DNA of 64,000 nucleotides from an uncultured Melioribacter sp. (GTDB lineage Bacteria > Bacteroidota > Ignavibacteria > Kapaibacteriales > Kapaibacteriaceae). Positions 12,482 through 22,085 of this stretch are shown here, piece after piece (the stretch's first letter is position 1; the number at the start of each line of letters is the position of its first letter). The notes under the pieces were generated by a model, which was not told where the DNA came from, did not search any database, and worked only from the letters and a program-made list of their open reading frames with translations. The stretch spans positions 24,697 to 88,696 of the forward strand of contig CAYXKK010000004.1 in assembly GCA_964465685.1 (NCBI GenBank). Reading direction: 5' to 3'. The translations under genes and the position numbers were made by a program.

Positions 12482-14701
12482 CTAGTTGAGCTTGATCACC
12501 TGTCCGCGACGAACAATTGACGATCGGCGAAGCTCTGGATTCTTGGCCTTGAGGGCGTCGATCGTTGTTCCATGGCGTTCAGCGATCTCCGTAAGGGTAT
12601 CGCCTGACTTTACGCGGTAGGTAGATGGTCGGTTTGCCCGCTCAGCTTCCTCTGCGAGCGCTGCCAATTGGCGCTTCGATAGACCGGTTTCGATTGTAAT
12701 GGTAGCACCCAGCTGTAGAGCGGCTTTCGGCTTCATGCGGTTGAGCGTTCGGATTCGGTCGACAGACGTCTCGTAGCGTGATGCGAGCAACTGCAGGGTT
12801 TCACCCTTGCGAACGCGGTGCTCGACTGTGCGGGTAACGGAGAGCTGCTCAACCTTTGGCTCGCGAGCTGCAGGCGTGGCATTGATTGCCACAACGAGCG
12901 TATCGCCGATGCGGATGTTATCTGTGCCTGACGTGAGCCCGTTCCATGTGCGGAGATCACTGATGCTAACCAAATAGCGACGTGCAATTGCTGTAAGGTT
13001 CTCTCCTGAGCGTACAACGTGATGCGTACGCGTCGCAGCCGACGATGGTGTCGAGCTTGCCGGGGCTGCTGTTGGAGTGGTTGCTGCAGTTGTTGCGACC
13101 GGCTTCGAGGATTGTGTGGTTGCCGGACGTGTCTCTGCTTCTGTTGATGCCTCGGCTGCTTGGCGCGTTGCTGATGTCGACGGAACACGCAACAATGAGC
13201 CGCGGCGGAGTTTCGCCTTGTATCCGCTGAGACTATTTACTTCTGCGAGCTCTGCGCCAGACACACCATAGCGTCGTGCGATCGAGACCAGCGTCTCGCC
13301 GCGACCAACCTTGTGGGTGATGAACGGACGCTTGTCTTCTTCTGTGAGTGCAGCGTAGCGTTTGCGGAACTCTTCGCCAGCCCCCTTGCGAACCTTAAGA
13401 TTGTAGGCGCCAGATGGTGGTGTCGCCTTACGGACAAGTTCTGGATTGAATTCGCGGAGCGAATCAACGGTCATGCCTGCGCATTGTGCAAGTGCAGAGA
13501 ACTGCACTGCTTCGGTGACCGTGACGGTCTCATATTCGTGCGGCGCATGGAGCTTGATCGAGTCGTCACCAAAGCCGTACTGTTCGCGGTTTGCCGCAAT
13601 GAGCGAGGTTGCGATGAAGCGCGGAACATACTGTTGAGTTTCACGAGGAAGAAACGGGCGCACCTGCCAGAAGTCTGGCTTGTCGAGACCCGACTTACGA
13701 ATCGCTCGCCGCACACCACCTCCGCCGCAGTTATATGCAGCAAGCGCGAGATGCCAGTCGCCGAGGTCGCTGTATAGGTCCTTCAAGAAGCGCATCGCAG
13801 CACGCGTAGCTTTCTCAGGGTCGCGGCGCTCATCCACCCAGTACGTGACATCGAGATCGTACTCTTCGCCAGTAGGTTGCATGAACTGCCACATACCCAT
13901 TGCACCAACACGGGAGAGGGCGTTTGGCGAGAGCCCGGATTCAACGATCGCAAGGTGCGCGATTTCCGGCGGCATGTTCTCTTCTGCAGCAATGCGCTTG
14001 ATCATATCGAACCAGCGTCCCGAGCGCTCAAGCGAAACACGCATGAACTTACGTCCGACTGGCCGGCTTGCGAAGAACTCGATGTTCTTCTGTACAAACT
14101 CGTTGTACGTCAGCGGGATCGTTGTTGTTGGGAGCGTCTTCGGCGGTTCCGGTGCGGGAACAGCAATGGTCTCGACGACTGGCTTAGCCGACTCGATCTC
14201 TTCGAACAAGCGCTCGCGCAGGATGAACACCGACGAGTTTTCATTGAGGTTGTCGATGTTCTGGATATACGATTCGTAGTCCTCGATCACCGCCTGTACG
14301 AGGTCTGTGAAGTCGAGGTTTTCTTCGATGCGAGGGTACGACGCAAGATCGTTCAGTTCAGCAATTGCTGCTTCGAACTGTTCAGCGGCAAGCGCTGTGT
14401 CCTTCTGCTCAACGAGTGTCAAGGCGCGGAGGTAGCGCTTCCGTGCACGTTCGAGGTTGTTGGTGACTTCGGGATCCCACTCGCCAGCGACGGATGCGTC
14501 TTCATCAAGGTCGCTGAACTCGTCTGGGAATACCGGACGCTTGCGGGCAGAATCAGGGACAGGCGGACGTCTGGATTTGACAGCCGGACCCGTGTTTGGG
14601 GTCTCTGAGCTGCGGAAGGCCGAGGTTTCGAATAGGATGCACACCAACAGGGCGGCCAGTAGCCACAATCCTCGTGAGTTGGTGCCGATCCTCTGGCTCA
14701 T
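12482..14701 (-). CDS. mltD: Membrane-bound lytic murein transglycosylase D-like protein (SLT domain plus multiple LysM repeats)
   Basis: SLT catalytic motif AIVESGLSPNALSRVGAMGMWQFMQPTG. At least three LysM-like repeats (HKVGRGETLVSIARRYGVS, HVVRSGENLTAIARRYLVS, YRVKSGDTLTEIAERHGTT) are separated by T/A/P-rich linkers. Confidence 0.85.
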   Translation of the reverse strand: MSQRIGTNSRGLWLLAALLVCILFETSAFRSSETPNTGPAVKSRRPPVPDSARKRPVFPDEFSDLDEDASVAGEWDPEVTNNLERARKRYLRALTLVEQKDTALAAEQFEAAIAELNDLASYPRIEENLDFTDLVQAVIEDYESYIQNIDNLNENSSVFILRERLFEEIESAKPVVETIAVPAPEPPKTLPTTTIPLTYNEFVQKNIEFFASRPVGRKFMRVSLERSGRWFDMIKRIAAEENMPPEIAHLAIVESGLSPNALSRVGAMGMWQFMQPTGEEYDLDVTYWVDERRDPEKATRAAMRFLKDLYSDLGDWHLALAAYNCGGGGVRRAIRKSGLDKPDFWQVRPFLPRETQQYVPRFIATSLIAANREQYGFGDDSIKLHAPHEYETVTVTEAVQFSALAQCAGMTVDSLREFNPELVRKATPPSGAYNLKVRKGAGEEFRKRYAALTEEDKRPFITHKVGRGETLVSIARRYGVSGAELAEVNSLSGYKAKLRRGSLLRVPSTSATRQAAEASTEAETRPATTQSSKPVATTAATTPTAAPASSTPSSAATRTHHVVRSGENLTAIARRYLVSISDLRTWNGLTSGTDNIRIGDTLVVAINATPAAREPKVEQLSVTRTVEHRVRKGETLQLLASRYETSVDRIRTLNRMKPKAALQLGATITIETGLSKRQLAALAEEAERANRPSTYRVKSGDTLTEIAERHGTTIDALKAKNPELRRSSIVRRGQVIKLN

Positions 14702-14842
14702 CCGTTTCCTTCAGCTGGGGAGAAATGCGCCGTAGCGCGGAAACCACAAATATACGCCGACGGGGCATAGGACGGCAAACCCGCGAGTCGATTGTCGATG
14801 AACGGAAGTTCATGATTTGTCGAGCCTTAGCTCGGTTATTCG

Positions 14843-15580
14843 CTATCGTAAACCTTGCTGTTTCCACGCCTGGATGGTTGCAAGCGTACAGTCGTCCAGT
14901 TTGCCACCGCTTGGTGGCATTGCGGCAAATCCCGCGAGATGAGCCATCGAACCGTAGAGTCTACCAGACGTGGCCATCGTGGCCACAACGGTACGGTCGG
15001 TAAGGTTGATGCCAGCGCTCGGATTCGTGCCACCGTGGCAGCCGGTGCAGGAGCGCTGCATGATGGGCTGGACGTGTGTGGTGTAGGTCACATTTGTCGT
15101 GTCGCAACCCGCACTGTCCTTCGAGCAGTCGCGATTGCGAGCCCCCTCGCGAATCCAGCGGGCAACCAAGACGATCTGTTCCGCCGTGAGCGATCGAGGC
15201 GGTGGAGGCATGATTTCGTCGCGGTCGGTTTCGATGAGCGAGCGGTAGAGTTTCGACTCGGCAGGATTGCCAGGTCGCACGATGCGCTCTTGCCCTTGCA
15301 TGATGGACGTATACGATGTCAGGTCGACGTCTTCTTCAGGGTCGATGGCATCATGGCATTCTGCCATCGTGCAGTTCGAGATGAGTATCGGTAGAATGTC
15401 GCGTGTAAAACACACGGAAGTGTCGCCACCACCACCTGTGGTGTCTGTCGAGCCGCCAGTTGTATCCGTGGTGTAGTCGTCGTCATCTCCACCGCGTGGA
15501 TGAAAGGGTCCATTCACATAGTCTGCGCAGGCAGCTATGCTCATGGTAACCATAGCGAGGAGTACAAAACGACGTAGCAT
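14843..15580 (-). CDS. Lipoprotein with two PSCyt-like cytochrome-c-type modules (one CTGCH haem motif and one C-x4-CH variant)
   Basis: Lipobox LLAMVTMSIAAC. One module is ...QRSCTGCHGG.... A second module, NCTMAECHD, is followed by the MPPPP...AEQIVLVARWIREGA pattern seen in planctomycete-type cytochrome C domains. Confidence 0.5.
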   Translation of the reverse strand: MLRRFVLLAMVTMSIAACADYVNGPFHPRGGDDDDYTTDTTGGSTDTTGGGGDTSVCFTRDILPILISNCTMAECHDAIDPEEDVDLTSYTSIMQGQERIVRPGNPAESKLYRSLIETDRDEIMPPPPRSLTAEQIVLVARWIREGARNRDCSKDSAGCDTTNVTYTTHVQPIMQRSCTGCHGGTNPSAGINLTDRTVVATMATSGRLYGSMAHLAGFAAMPPSGGKLDDCTLATIQAWKQQGLR

Positions 15581-15630
15581 GCTACAAGATACCCTCGCAG
15601 CATGCTACGGTTACACCCACCACCGAAAGC

Positions 15631-16770
15631 TTAGTATCGTAGGATTGCCGCCACGCCAGTGGCTGTAGGCATGGCTTGTGCCGGAAGTACCTGCACGGTA
15701 CCCTTCATGCGCAGCACCATCACCGCCAGATCGTCGAGTACGTCATCGATGTCCGGTTGGCTCAGGTCGTCGAATACGATTTCTCCTGTGACGGGATCGA
15801 TCTTGCCCGGTACTTCGCGTTGGTCTTCAACGAGTAGCGTGTCAATGCGACCCTCTACCGCAGCATGCGCTACCTGCACGATATCTTCGAGTCCGTACCC
15901 ACGCGCGGTGGCATTGCGGTACATTTCGATCAGATTTAGACTGCGCTGCGTGGCAAGTGGCTCGATGATCGACCATGCGCGCTTGGTCATTTCACGTCGT
16001 TCGAGTGCACTTGGATGTGTTGCGATCGCATCAGTGAGGATCTTTTGATTGCGCGTAATGCGACGAAACTCACCGATCAACTCTGTTACGCCGCATAGGA
16101 TCATCGGCAGACCATCCGTGCGTGAGGCACGCTCAAGAACGGTACGATCAACTACACGGAAAAACTTCTCCGTGTCGAGCTCAATCTCATCGGACGTAGT
16201 TGTGTGGCCAACATGACGCTCCGTGCCGCCTGAGTTAGACCGTGTAAACTGGCGCTCTGTGAGCGAATGACCGAGTGCGCGCTCAAGCGTCATCGGTGCG
16301 TCTGGTCCAAGATCAATCTCCTCGATATCGTCATGATCACCCACGTAGAGATGAGCCACATCACGAGTAAGCGCAAGCACGTGATAGCGATCGCTGGTTT
16401 GTAGAAGCTTGAGAAGGGGCTTTACATGAAACGTATCAGCAACGACTGCGAGGTCGCCGACCGGACGATCAACGTGAAAGCGTAGGAACACGTCTGGTGA
16501 TCGAAACACGACGATGCCTTCGGTTCGTGCATTCCAAAACTCTTCGTTGCGCTCGAGATGTTCAAATGGAGCGACGAGTTCAGCAACCATAGCAGGTGAG
16601 TACGCAGTGCTGAGCGAATCGCGAATCTCGCGCACCAGACTTCGATAGCGTGTCGGATCGTCGCGACGTTCCGGTTGCGTACGATGTGTGTTCAGATAGA
16701 GGCTTGCACATGGTGCCTGCTGGTGGTGCAACACTTGTTGGATAACAACATTGAGATCCGTCTTCATCAC
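15631..16770 (-). CDS. eRF1/Pelota-like three-domain protein (candidate bacterial archaeo-eukaryotic release-factor-like, baeRF, family member)
   Basis: 379 aa ending ...MKGTVQVLPAQAMPTATGVAAILRY. This resembles the conserved C-terminal G-x-G/A-A-I-L-R-Y/F element of eRF1/Dom34 domain 3. No other recognisable enzymatic motif. Confidence 0.5.
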   Translation of the reverse strand: MMKTDLNVVIQQVLHHQQAPCASLYLNTHRTQPERRDDPTRYRSLVREIRDSLSTAYSPAMVAELVAPFEHLERNEEFWNARTEGIVVFRSPDVFLRFHVDRPVGDLAVVADTFHVKPLLKLLQTSDRYHVLALTRDVAHLYVGDHDDIEEIDLGPDAPMTLERALGHSLTERQFTRSNSGGTERHVGHTTTSDEIELDTEKFFRVVDRTVLERASRTDGLPMILCGVTELIGEFRRITRNQKILTDAIATHPSALERREMTKRAWSIIEPLATQRSLNLIEMYRNATARGYGLEDIVQVAHAAVEGRIDTLLVEDQREVPGKIDPVTGEIVFDDLSQPDIDDVLDDLAVMVLRMKGTVQVLPAQAMPTATGVAAILRY

Positions 16771-16862
16771 TCTCTCCCTATGGTGAATGTATCGAACGAC
16801 TACTGTTTCAATAATCGAGAGTTCTATCGAAGCGAACTATGACAAACGTCAGGTTTCAACCG

Positions 16863-18086
16863 CTATCGCGACTGAGCACTGAAAATGTTGCCGCTGCGAA
16901 CTGCAATGATGACGCGGCGACGGGATAACGATTGCACGGCATATGTACCGTCGGGCAACGTACTCATTGTTGTACGCAAACAACCTTGAGCGATACATGC
17001 GCCTGTAAGGCTGTATACATCAGCTTGCTCGTCGAGCAGGGGCGATGTTGTGATGTCGGCTTCGACGACGGATGTTGGTTCAGAGATCTGGCGTGCACAA
17101 AAGACCGCAGCAGCACGATCGACCGCGGATTCGTTGTGTATTGCGTGTTCGCCACCCTCATGGATCCACGTCTCGTGCCACGTTGATGGATAGTCGCGTC
17201 GAATGAGTTCTGCCTGTAACGCACAGCTGCCAAAGGTACGCGGGTAGTTTGCTGAAACATCAAACGGTAGACCCCAGTAGCACCTGTTGATACCACACGG
17301 CACAACAGGGTCGTTGCGTTGATGGTAGCTGTACGTGGGAACGAACGCCTTGCCATTGAGAAGGCGAAGATCGAATAACCCGCCGAAGATGTTGATCACA
17401 GCGCGCAGACGAGGAAGCGGCGTTGCTGGGTATGCATGCCCGTCTAGCGAACCAAGGCTCGGACGTGGGAATCGGTCGAATGCGCGCTGCACATCACCAA
17501 TCGCACCAAGCACCGGTGGAAGTTGATCGGAATCATCGAGCAGAGCACAATGCAATGCGAGGATCGCACCTGCACTTCCGCCTCCGATCACAGCGCGTGA
17601 TGTGTCGATGCGATACTGCTGCGCTTGCGTCACGAGAAACTTGAGTCCGGTGCGCACGTCTTGAATGCCACGAAAACACGCGCGGATAACCTCCGCTGTG
17701 TCGTACGCGAAGGGCGGATCAACTGGCCACGGACTGTAAAAGCCAAGTCGGTAGGAGATCGTCACGGCAACATAGCCACGCGCTGCCCAGCGCTCACAGA
17801 CCGCGCGCATATCGGCACGCGAACCTTGTGCGAACCCACCGCCGTGAATCCACATAATCATCGGACGTGACGAAGCGCCATCACCAACAGGCTCCGCGAT
17901 GTCCATGCGCAGTGTATCGACGCCTCCACGAAAATTCCTCGCCTCTGCATAGCGCACGTTCGACGTCCAGCGCGTTGCATAGCGCTGTGCGACGAAGGGT
18001 TGCGCCATGGCCATGCTCGCGGCGCATAACCCAATGATCACGAGGAGAGTGTGAAGCATGTTGTAAACTAGCAGAGTTTCCATCAC
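16863..18086 (-). CDS. Secreted alpha/beta-hydrolase (carboxylesterase/lipase) with a T9SS C-terminal sorting domain
   Basis: Signal peptide, oxyanion-hole HGGGF, nucleophile elbow GGSAG, and a C-terminal DVYSLTGACIAQG...LPDGTYAVQSL...RVIIAVR pattern typical of Por secretion tails. Confidence 0.75.
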   Translation of the reverse strand: MMETLLVYNMLHTLLVIIGLCAASMAMAQPFVAQRYATRWTSNVRYAEARNFRGGVDTLRMDIAEPVGDGASSRPMIMWIHGGGFAQGSRADMRAVCERWAARGYVAVTISYRLGFYSPWPVDPPFAYDTAEVIRACFRGIQDVRTGLKFLVTQAQQYRIDTSRAVIGGGSAGAILALHCALLDDSDQLPPVLGAIGDVQRAFDRFPRPSLGSLDGHAYPATPLPRLRAVINIFGGLFDLRLLNGKAFVPTYSYHQRNDPVVPCGINRCYWGLPFDVSANYPRTFGSCALQAELIRRDYPSTWHETWIHEGGEHAIHNESAVDRAAAVFCARQISEPTSVVEADITTSPLLDEQADVYSLTGACIAQGCLRTTMSTLPDGTYAVQSLSRRRVIIAVRSGNIFSAQSR

Positions 18087-18100
18087 ATCCTACAACTGCC

Positions 18101-18553
18101 ATGATCGTCGATACCCTCGCTTCGCCTATAGCCTTTGCACATCTGCCGTGGTTTGTGCGTGTGCGCGAATTCCTCGCAACGCATGATCTTGATGCCGCAG
18201 AGCCGGGTCGATACGACGTAGATGGCGACCAGTGCTTTGTGATCGTCGCTGACGATGTTCATCGCAACGAGGTTGCATCTCTTGAGGCGCACCGTCAGTA
18301 CATCGATGTGCAGATCGCATTGCACGGATCATTCGACATCATGTGGTCGCCCCTTTCATCATGTGCGCTCGTGTCGAAGCCATACGATGAAGATGCCGAC
18401 ATCGAATTCTACCACGACGTGCCACGTACACGTGTGCATGTTGCCGAAGGCACGGCTGTGGTGTTGTTTCCAGACGATGCGCATGCACCTCAGCCCCCTG
18501 CAGATGCCGTACGAAAGTGTATTTTCAAGGTCCACATTTCGTACATGCAATGA
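18101..18553 (+). CDS. YhcH/YjgK/YiaL (DUF386) family beta-sandwich protein
   Basis: 150 aa in which the DGDQCFVIVADDV...HRQYIDVQIALHGSFDIMW pattern matches the EbgC/TabA-like family. Confidence 0.7.
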   Translation: MIVDTLASPIAFAHLPWFVRVREFLATHDLDAAEPGRYDVDGDQCFVIVADDVHRNEVASLEAHRQYIDVQIALHGSFDIMWSPLSSCALVSKPYDEDADIEFYHDVPRTRVHVAEGTAVVLFPDDAHAPQPPADAVRKCIFKVHISYMQ

Positions 18554-18828
18554 CCAACGACCCAGAGCTCGAGTATTCTCCGCTGACGCAAACGATCTCC
18601 GAACACGATCGTTCGATCGACGTCTACATCTATCGCGAGAAGGGGGGCTCGGATTGGTACCTCGAAGTCGTGGATGATCACGACCACTCATCGGTCTGGG
18701 AAGACTCGTTCCCGTCGGACAAGCAAGCGCTGAACCTTGTGAAGAAGATCATCGCCCAAGAAGGCTTTGCAATCTTCCTCGGTCCGGGTCCGGACGATGA
18801 TGTAGAGATGCCACACAACGAAAGCTAA
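18550..18828 (+). CDS. Small acidic hypothetical protein (92 aa), translationally coupled to the YhcH-family gene by ATGA
   Basis: The ATG at 18550 overlaps the TGA stop of the upstream gene. Very acidic (D/E-rich). No recognisable domain. Confidence 0.45.
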   Translation: MTNDPELEYSPLTQTISEHDRSIDVYIYREKGGSDWYLEVVDDHDHSSVWEDSFPSDKQALNLVKKIIAQEGFAIFLGPGPDDDVEMPHNES

Positions 18829-18834
18829 CTTGTG

Positions 18835-19983
18835 TTACTTGTCGGTGTTGGTGTGACGTATCTGCGTGCGGTGAACATCTAGACCTATTGCAAAGCCGGT
18901 GACACCTTCGTCAGATTGAACTAGACGGATCTTATTGACGGCATTGCCGAAGTCGACCCTGGACCACGTTTTGCCGCCGTCGGTAGTGGTCATTCCGTGG
19001 GGCATAGCGCCAACCCATCCCACGTTCTCATCCAGAAATGCGATTCCGAACTCGCGAAACCTGTGGTCATCCACCATCTTGAGCTCCGTCCACGTCGTTC
19101 CACCATTAGTGGTCTTTGCTACGAATCGTGCAGATGCTGAACGGTCAGGATTGTATGACTGAATCGTGCAGTACCCGACATCGCGCGAGGGGAAGCTAAG
19201 TTTCCACGTGAGTTCAAAGGGACGTGTCGACTGGTAGACCTCGCGCCATGTCGCGCCACCATCGTCGGTCGCGATGATCTGCGCATGTGATTGGGAGACG
19301 TCAGTGTGTGTCGCAGAGGCAATGAATCCGTGGCGGTCATCGAGGAACTTGACATCAAACGCCATTGCAGAAATGTCCGGCACCTTACCTTGTTTCCATG
19401 TTTTCCCGAGGTCGTCCGACCATATGTAGGCTACCGGACCGCCAACGCGGCCAACGCCAATGATGCGCGGACGATAGTCCAGATTCCCTGCGTTGATGAA
19501 CGGAACTTGAACAATGTCGAATGCGCATAAGCCCACGACAGGTTCACCTTCGATAGCAGTGACGGCAGACCACGTTGTTCCTCCATCCTCGGTGCGATAG
19601 AGTGGAATAGTGTCTGTAACTCCTGGGAAGTACCCTGGGCCGATGTTGCCCATCACGCCGTGCTTCTCATCGGTGAACGCGAGGCACCGAACGTATGTGC
19701 CTTTCTTTTCAAACACACTTTTCCAAGTAGTGCCCCCATTGGTCGTGCGAAAGATCTTCCCACTCCCATTACCATAGAACCCAACATTCGCGTTCACGAA
19801 GAAGATGTCGTCTTGCTTGCCGGGGTACTGCTCCGTTTCGAGCTTCGTCCACTTGGGCAAGTTCGCAGATGTCTCGGTTGTTCGAACTTGGGCTGATAGC
19901 ACAACCGCGTACATGAGTGTCCATATCAACAACATTGTAGTAGCCAGTGGCACATGAAAGCGTCGTTGTTGTGCAGTTATCAT
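18835..19983 (-). CDS. Secreted BNR/Asp-box repeat beta-propeller protein (Ycf48/sortilin-like)
   Basis: Signal peptide plus at least five S/T-x-D/N-G-G-x-T-W Asp-boxes (TTNGGTTW, EDGGTTW, DDGGATW, TNGGTTW, TDGGKTW). Confidence 0.7.
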   Translation of the reverse strand: MITAQQRRFHVPLATTMLLIWTLMYAVVLSAQVRTTETSANLPKWTKLETEQYPGKQDDIFFVNANVGFYGNGSGKIFRTTNGGTTWKSVFEKKGTYVRCLAFTDEKHGVMGNIGPGYFPGVTDTIPLYRTEDGGTTWSAVTAIEGEPVVGLCAFDIVQVPFINAGNLDYRPRIIGVGRVGGPVAYIWSDDLGKTWKQGKVPDISAMAFDVKFLDDRHGFIASATHTDVSQSHAQIIATDDGGATWREVYQSTRPFELTWKLSFPSRDVGYCTIQSYNPDRSASARFVAKTTNGGTTWTELKMVDDHRFREFGIAFLDENVGWVGAMPHGMTTTDGGKTWSRVDFGNAVNKIRLVQSDEGVTGFAIGLDVHRTQIRHTNTDK

Positions 19984-20085
19984 AGGTTGTAGCCGTTATG
20001 ATGTGGTACGTGGTGCGGCGAGTTCGTCAATTGGCCGGGCTACTACGGCGTTTGGACAAGAATGTTTCGTCAAGCGGTACAGCAG

Positions 20086-21027
20086 TTACACGTACGATGC
20101 TGCCGTGCGCACGTCATCGTTGAGTGCGTAGGTGAATCCTGGTTGAATGCTGTACGCTCCGTGTGAACCATCGCGGTGCAGCGCGAGAATGCCCACTTGG
20201 AGTTCGCGCCATGCAGGGTTCTTTGCAACAACGCGTTTGATTGCCACTTCACATGCTTGTTGTGGCGAGTCGCCCATCCGCATGCGTTCAACAGCGAGAT
20301 GTGATGCCAATGTGCGGAGCACCGCTTCGCCCAGACCCGTGCATGTAGCGCCCCCTACATCACCATCAACAAACAGTCCAGCGCCGATGATCGGTGAGTC
20401 GCCCACACGTCCATGCATCTTAAAGGCGAGTCCACTCGTGGTGCATGCACCAGCGAGTGCTGCGTTGCTATCCATTGCCAGCAAGCCGATCGTATCGTGA
20501 TTCTCGATGTTGATCACGGGCCTGTATTTCTTCTCGGCAAGCCACTTCGTCCACGCCCTCCAGGACTCAGTGGTCAGCTTGTTGTCGTGTTGTTTGATGC
20601 CTTGTTCGCGAGCGAACTGCTCAGCCCCTTTTCCAACGAGCATCACGTGTGGCGTCTGCTCCATCACCATACGCGCAACTGAAATCGGGTGCTTGATGCC
20701 CTGCACAAAACACACCGAGCCCGCGCGCCCATCGCCATGCATGATGCACGCATCAAGCGTTACGATCCCATCGCGATCGGGGAGTCCACCCAGCCCCACA
20801 CTTCCATTCGAGTCATCCGCCTCGATCACCATCACACCACGCTCCACTGCATCGAGCACGCTTCCACCCTCGCGCAGCACACGAAGCGATTCCACGTTCG
20901 CGCGCACACCAAAGTTCCATGTCGAAATCACCACCGGCTTCGATGGTGCAAACATCTCGCCCTGCAAACGATGTGCAGCAAGTGCTGATGCTCCAATGGT
21001 TGCGGCAAGAAATCGGCGACGATGCAT
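20086..21027 (-). CDS. Ntn-hydrolase of the plant-type asparaginase/glycosylasparaginase family, with a Tat signal
   Basis: Tat signal MHRRRFLAATIGASALAA. An autoproteolytic GT threonine in ...HDTIGLLA... and the glycine-rich GAGLFVDGDVGGATCTGLGE region are typical of isoaspartyl peptidase/N4-GlcNAc-asparaginase. Confidence 0.85.
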   Translation of the reverse strand: MHRRRFLAATIGASALAAHRLQGEMFAPSKPVVISTWNFGVRANVESLRVLREGGSVLDAVERGVMVIEADDSNGSVGLGGLPDRDGIVTLDACIMHGDGRAGSVCFVQGIKHPISVARMVMEQTPHVMLVGKGAEQFAREQGIKQHDNKLTTESWRAWTKWLAEKKYRPVINIENHDTIGLLAMDSNAALAGACTTSGLAFKMHGRVGDSPIIGAGLFVDGDVGGATCTGLGEAVLRTLASHLAVERMRMGDSPQQACEVAIKRVVAKNPAWRELQVGILALHRDGSHGAYSIQPGFTYALNDDVRTAASYV

Positions 21028-21067
21028 AAGGGGGCTCCGTAGAGGGTGAGACGGGAGGGTCGGTGAG

Positions 21068-21135
21068 ACGGTGAACATACAAAAAGCCCCCTACCAGCGA
21101 ATGGGAGAGGGCTTGATGTGATTGTTGTGGGTCGA
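21068..21135. repeat. Copy A of a ~68-bp direct repeat (GACGGTGAACAT-R-CAAAAAGCCCCCTACCAGCGAA-TGG-K-AGAGGGCTTGATGTGATYGTTGTGGGTCGA). It carries a degenerate hairpin that reads as a terminator on the minus strand.
   Basis: About 93% identical to 22151..22220. On the minus strand the sequence reads GCCCTCTCCCATTCGCTGGTAGGGGGCTTTTTG, a stem followed by a U-tract downstream of the DUF2335 gene. Confidence 0.7.
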
Positions 21136-21185
21136 GATAGGCGGGCGATATGTGCGTGCGAGCATCCTCTGGAATGACAGTCCAG

Positions 21186-21611
21186 TTATTCCGCGTCCTT
21201 ACTTCCAGTATCGCGCGAACCAAGAAAGGCAAGTACTACTTGGCCGAGACCGCCAGTCGCAAATGCAACAGCTGCAGCGCTGTGACCGTTGTACCCCAAC
21301 ACAAATCCAAGTACCAGGCAGACGAGTGCGATGGTGGCCGCGATCCATTGGCCGCGACTGAATGCATCGCGGTGCGTTTCGAATAGTTTGCGATCTAGTG
21401 CGTGCCTGTGCTGTTGCTCGAGTTCCATCGAGGTTACGATTCGCTCGGCAAGACCAGGAAACACTTCGTCGTATTGGTGCAAGACTGATGGTGGTGGTAA
21501 TGGACCAGTCCACTGTTGTGTGTGCATCACAACTTGCTTTGCCTGCATTACGACGTTGGCGTTCGGATCAGGTTCCTCTGCCGAATGAAGGTGTTCCGAC
21601 ACACTAGCCAC
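21186..21611 (-). CDS. DUF2335-family predicted membrane protein
   Basis: ...LPPPSVLHQYDEVFPGLAERIVTSMELEQQHRHALDRK... matches the conserved DUF2335 core (PPPEVL..Y..I.PG.AERI...E.EQ.HRH), followed by two TM helices. Local GC is lower (~50%). Confidence 0.65.
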   Translation of the reverse strand: MASVSEHLHSAEEPDPNANVVMQAKQVVMHTQQWTGPLPPPSVLHQYDEVFPGLAERIVTSMELEQQHRHALDRKLFETHRDAFSRGQWIAATIALVCLVLGFVLGYNGHSAAAVAFATGGLGQVVLAFLGSRDTGSKDAE

Positions 21612-21615
21612 TACG

Positions 21616-21993
21616 TTACTTCACAGTCAACTGTTCGACATGCTGATCTATTACCCTCCGCATGTCCGAGCCGACCATCTCTACATCCTGCCTCATTCGA
21701 TCTACGTCAGAATTGCGTGAATGATCATCGAGCCATTCTACGAATAATCGGTTGGGGTGAAGGCGGAACGCAGACCCCATTCCTCTGAAAAAGAACAATC
21801 GGCGGCGGTTACGATGAGAACTCATTGTGGTAGCCCGTATCTGCTGGCTAGTGTACGTAGTGGCGACACCAAATATCGCCAATTCCGTATCAGGCTCAAC
21901 TCTACACAGAGGTTCGTTGTTTACACCATCGTCAGTCGGGTTGCTGCGCTGTTCACAAATCCGATTCTCGAGATTGCTCACGATGTTCTCCAC
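21616..21993 (-). CDS. Hypothetical protein (125 aa), co-oriented with and 4 nt upstream of the DUF2335 gene
   Basis: An ORF only. Lower GC than the surroundings. No recognisable motif. Confidence 0.35.
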   Translation of the reverse strand: MENIVSNLENRICEQRSNPTDDGVNNEPLCRVEPDTELAIFGVATTYTSQQIRATTMSSHRNRRRLFFFRGMGSAFRLHPNRLFVEWLDDHSRNSDVDRMRQDVEMVGSDMRRVIDQHVEQLTVK

Positions 21994-22085
21994 GTACGAA
22001 ACACAATCACGTGCGCCATTACGAGACGCGCTGGTTGATTCAGCACACGTACGGGGACGTAACGTGACACACGCCGTTCATGACG

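Noticed and set aside
13877-14608. 243-aa plus-strand ORF
   Set aside because: Lies entirely inside, and antisense to, the mltD gene, which has clear SLT and LysM motifs.
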